A DNA stretch of 64,000 nucleotides from Fimbriimonadia bacterium (GTDB lineage Bacteria > Armatimonadota > Fimbriimonadia > Fimbriimonadales > JABRVX01). The stretch lies in assembly GCA_041483895.1 (NCBI GenBank), contig JBGPGO010000008.1, positions 1-64,000 of the forward strand, read 5' to 3'. The notes beneath the pieces are model-generated. The model was not told the origin of the DNA. It saw only the letters and a list, made by a program, of their open reading frames with translations, and did no database searches. Positions 62,123-64,000 of this stretch are shown in pieces. A program made the translations under genes and the position numbers. Each line of letters starts with the position of its first letter. The first letter of the stretch is position 1.

Positions 62123-62713
62123 TTAGCCCTTTTTAGACGGTGTGGCTGTTACTTTTCCGCCCTGAACCTTCAGAATGGTCGCCGGCTTTTGCGGCCATTT
62201 CACTGGTTCGGAAGCATTCTCACCAGTATACTTATAGGTCCCCGCGCCATCCAGCCGGACATCCAACTGGCCGTTTGCGTTGATGTGATCGAACGTGCCG
62301 ACGGCATTAACCGTGAAGCTCGGACCGGTGCGGACCGGTGGGCCAACAAGCCCGCCGCTTCCTTGGGCGCCCACACCGCCTCCAACGACGACTGCGGTGG
62401 CTGGGCCCGGCTTGTAAATAAAAGTGCCCAATCCTTTGAGGGTGTACCGTGGTCCCGCCTTCGTGACCTGGAAGCCATCGACCTTGATGTATTGATCGTA
62501 ATCTGTCGATGCGAACGTGATGGTGACCGTACCGTCGCCCTTGATTTCGAGGTTCCCCGATCCGTCGATCAAGACCACGCCTTTGCCCGCCGCCCAAATG
62601 CCGGACGGTTGTATTAGGATTTTGTGGTCGTTCTTATGATCGGTCGGAGTTTGCGAATGTCCGATTTGGATCAGCGCCGCAATCAAGACTGAAATCGCGA
62701 TCTGGGTTTTCAT
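62123..62713 (-). CDS. Secreted hypothetical protein (paralog of 62786-63355)
   Basis: GGAGG SD; signal peptide; shared GKG..DGSG and GPPV.TGPSFTV motifs. Confidence 0.8.
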   Translation of the reverse strand: MKTQIAISVLIAALIQIGHSQTPTDHKNDHKILIQPSGIWAAGKGVVLIDGSGNLEIKGDGTVTITFASTDYDQYIKVDGFQVTKAGPRYTLKGLGTFIYKPGPATAVVVGGGVGAQGSGGLVGPPVRTGPSFTVNAVGTFDHINANGQLDVRLDGAGTYKYTGENASEPVKWPQKPATILKVQGGKVTATPSKKG

Positions 62714-62785
62714 TTTTGTCCTCCTTGTTCTTTGGTCACGGTCCAGTGACTGCACTGGACCGTGACAACGTGGCTTAGATTAGCC

Positions 62786-63355
62786 TTATGGCTTCGGGTC
62801 GATCTTCAGGTCCGTGCCATTGGCGCTCCAGGGGTTGGCGGCGGTAAGTTTGCCGTTCAATCCGGTAAAGGTCTGATAGCTGCCTTCACCCGTCAATGTG
62901 AGCGCAAACTTACCGACGGCATCGATCTTGTCGAAGCTGCCGTAAGCCTTGACTGTGAAGGAAGGGCCGGTGTAGACGGGCGGTCCGACAGGTCCGCCGG
63001 GATTTCTGGTGATCGCGTCGACGGCGCTGTAGGCGCCGTGAACGGGCTTGACCTTGATCTTACTCTTCAGATTAAGGATCGCCTTCGGGACGATCACGCC
63101 GTGCCCTGTGAGCTCGATCGCGTCGCCGTTAATCTCCTTGACGACAAAACCTTGATGTGTGAAGATCTTGTCGAACTGGACCTTGGTCAGGCCTTGGATA
63201 TGTACGGTGCCATTACCGTCCAATGTGAGGTAGCCGGAGCCGTCTACCATGATGTCGCCTTTTCCCTTGGCAGTAACACCGGTTACTGCTGTTTGTGCGA
63301 TCGCGAGCGTTGTTCCAAGAATCGCTGCGATTGCGAGTGCGATATATCGACTCAT
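62786..63355 (-). CDS. Secreted hypothetical protein (paralog of 62123-62713)
   Basis: AGGAGG SD; signal peptide; same motifs. Confidence 0.8.
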   Translation of the reverse strand: MSRYIALAIAAILGTTLAIAQTAVTGVTAKGKGDIMVDGSGYLTLDGNGTVHIQGLTKVQFDKIFTHQGFVVKEINGDAIELTGHGVIVPKAILNLKSKIKVKPVHGAYSAVDAITRNPGGPVGPPVYTGPSFTVKAYGSFDKIDAVGKFALTLTGEGSYQTFTGLNGKLTAANPWSANGTDLKIDPKP

Positions 63356-63513
63356 TCGATTCTGTCCTCCTGATTTGGTCCGCTGTGCTGCGTGCGGTCA
63401 GCGGTACTGTTATGATTCCGGGCTTTATGATACCAGTTACACCTTTTTGGAACGGTCCTGGGTCTATGCTGGGAGTTCTTTTGTCTTCTTTCATGCTTCG
63501 ATGTGCCGGGGTC

Positions 63514-63563
63514 TTGATTTTTTCGAATTTTTTGTTATAATAGTAGACGTTAGTGTACTATTA
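63514..63563 (+). promoter_or_regulatory. sigma70 promoter with overlapping palindromic operator
   Basis: TTGATT-N16-TATAAT with extended TG; TAATAGTA-N10-TACTATTA. Confidence 0.65.
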
Positions 63564-63564
63564 C

Positions 63565-64000
63565 TTGTGTATTCTGTTTGCAGGGAGTGGCTACAAAGAG
63601 GAGTGGTTGGAAGGATGTCTACAGTTCACCGATGGGATCGAGCCCAGCGGCGGGGACTGCGCCTATTTTGACCTTTCCGGTCATCCGGATCCTTCCGAGA
63701 TAGCCGCGCGGTTGGCCGAGTTCCTGTCCGATGCCTCGGGCAGGCCGGTCCGATACGGCGCGGCCGGCTCCAAGTGGATCGCTCGCCTGGCGGCGGAATG
63801 GGAAGACGACGGCCTCGCTCTTTCGGATCCGGCGGCCTTCCTTGCGCCGCTTCCGGTGGAGTGCCTGCGCCCGATCGCTCCGGAGAACATCGTGCGGCTG
63901 CGCTTTTTGGGCTATCGCACGATCGGCGAGGCGGTTTCGATTCCGTTGGAAGTTTTGTGGCGGCAGTTCGATGAGGAAGGGTATCGGATCTATCGCGCCG
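63565..64000 (+). CDS. Y-family DNA polymerase-like/ImuB-like protein, runs off window
   Basis: Manual translation: IEPSGGDCAYFDL, GAAGSKWIARLAA, FLAPLPV, LGYRTIGE; absent from ORF track because no stop codon is in the window. Confidence 0.75.
   Translation, partial: MCILFAGSGYKEEWLEGCLQFTDGIEPSGGDCAYFDLSGHPDPSEIAARLAEFLSDASGRPVRYGAAGSKWIARLAAEWEDDGLALSDPAAFLAPLPVECLRPIAPENIVRLRFLGYRTIGEAVSIPLEVLWRQFDEEGYRIYRA

Overview
GC-rich bacterial chromosomal segment, probably Armatimonadota (inferred from PEP-CTERM proteins, the Terrabacteria-type ribosomal gene order and extended r-proteins). The core (10.8-34.6 kb) is the complete str-S10-spc-alpha-rplM/rpsI cluster, with a divergent second EF-G inserted between rplE and rpsN. 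The left flank holds a partial TPR-CHAT protease, two sigma54-driven PEP-CTERM paralogs, a HEAT-repeat/Hsp70-like divergent pair, a cytochrome b-c fusion lacking both heme bH ligands, and a fluoride riboswitch ahead of a cation/H+ antiporter with an in-frame DUF190 remnant. The right flank holds MFS transporters, GH4, motAB, dapL-hflX-prmC, secreted unknowns, a ~1575-aa GH/CBM/esterase fusion, an H1-like protein and the start of an ImuB/Y-family polymerase-like gene. At least three families of palindromic REP/MITE-like repeats fill the intergenic spaces. No CRISPR array, rRNA, tRNA or transposase was seen. Best novelty candidates: the Rieske-less, single-b-heme cytochrome b-c fusion; the operon-embedded EF-G2 together with unusual S12/S5 substitutions; and unrecognised structured RNAs upstream of rpsL, rplC and the PEP-CTERM genes. 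All alignments and folds were done by eye.
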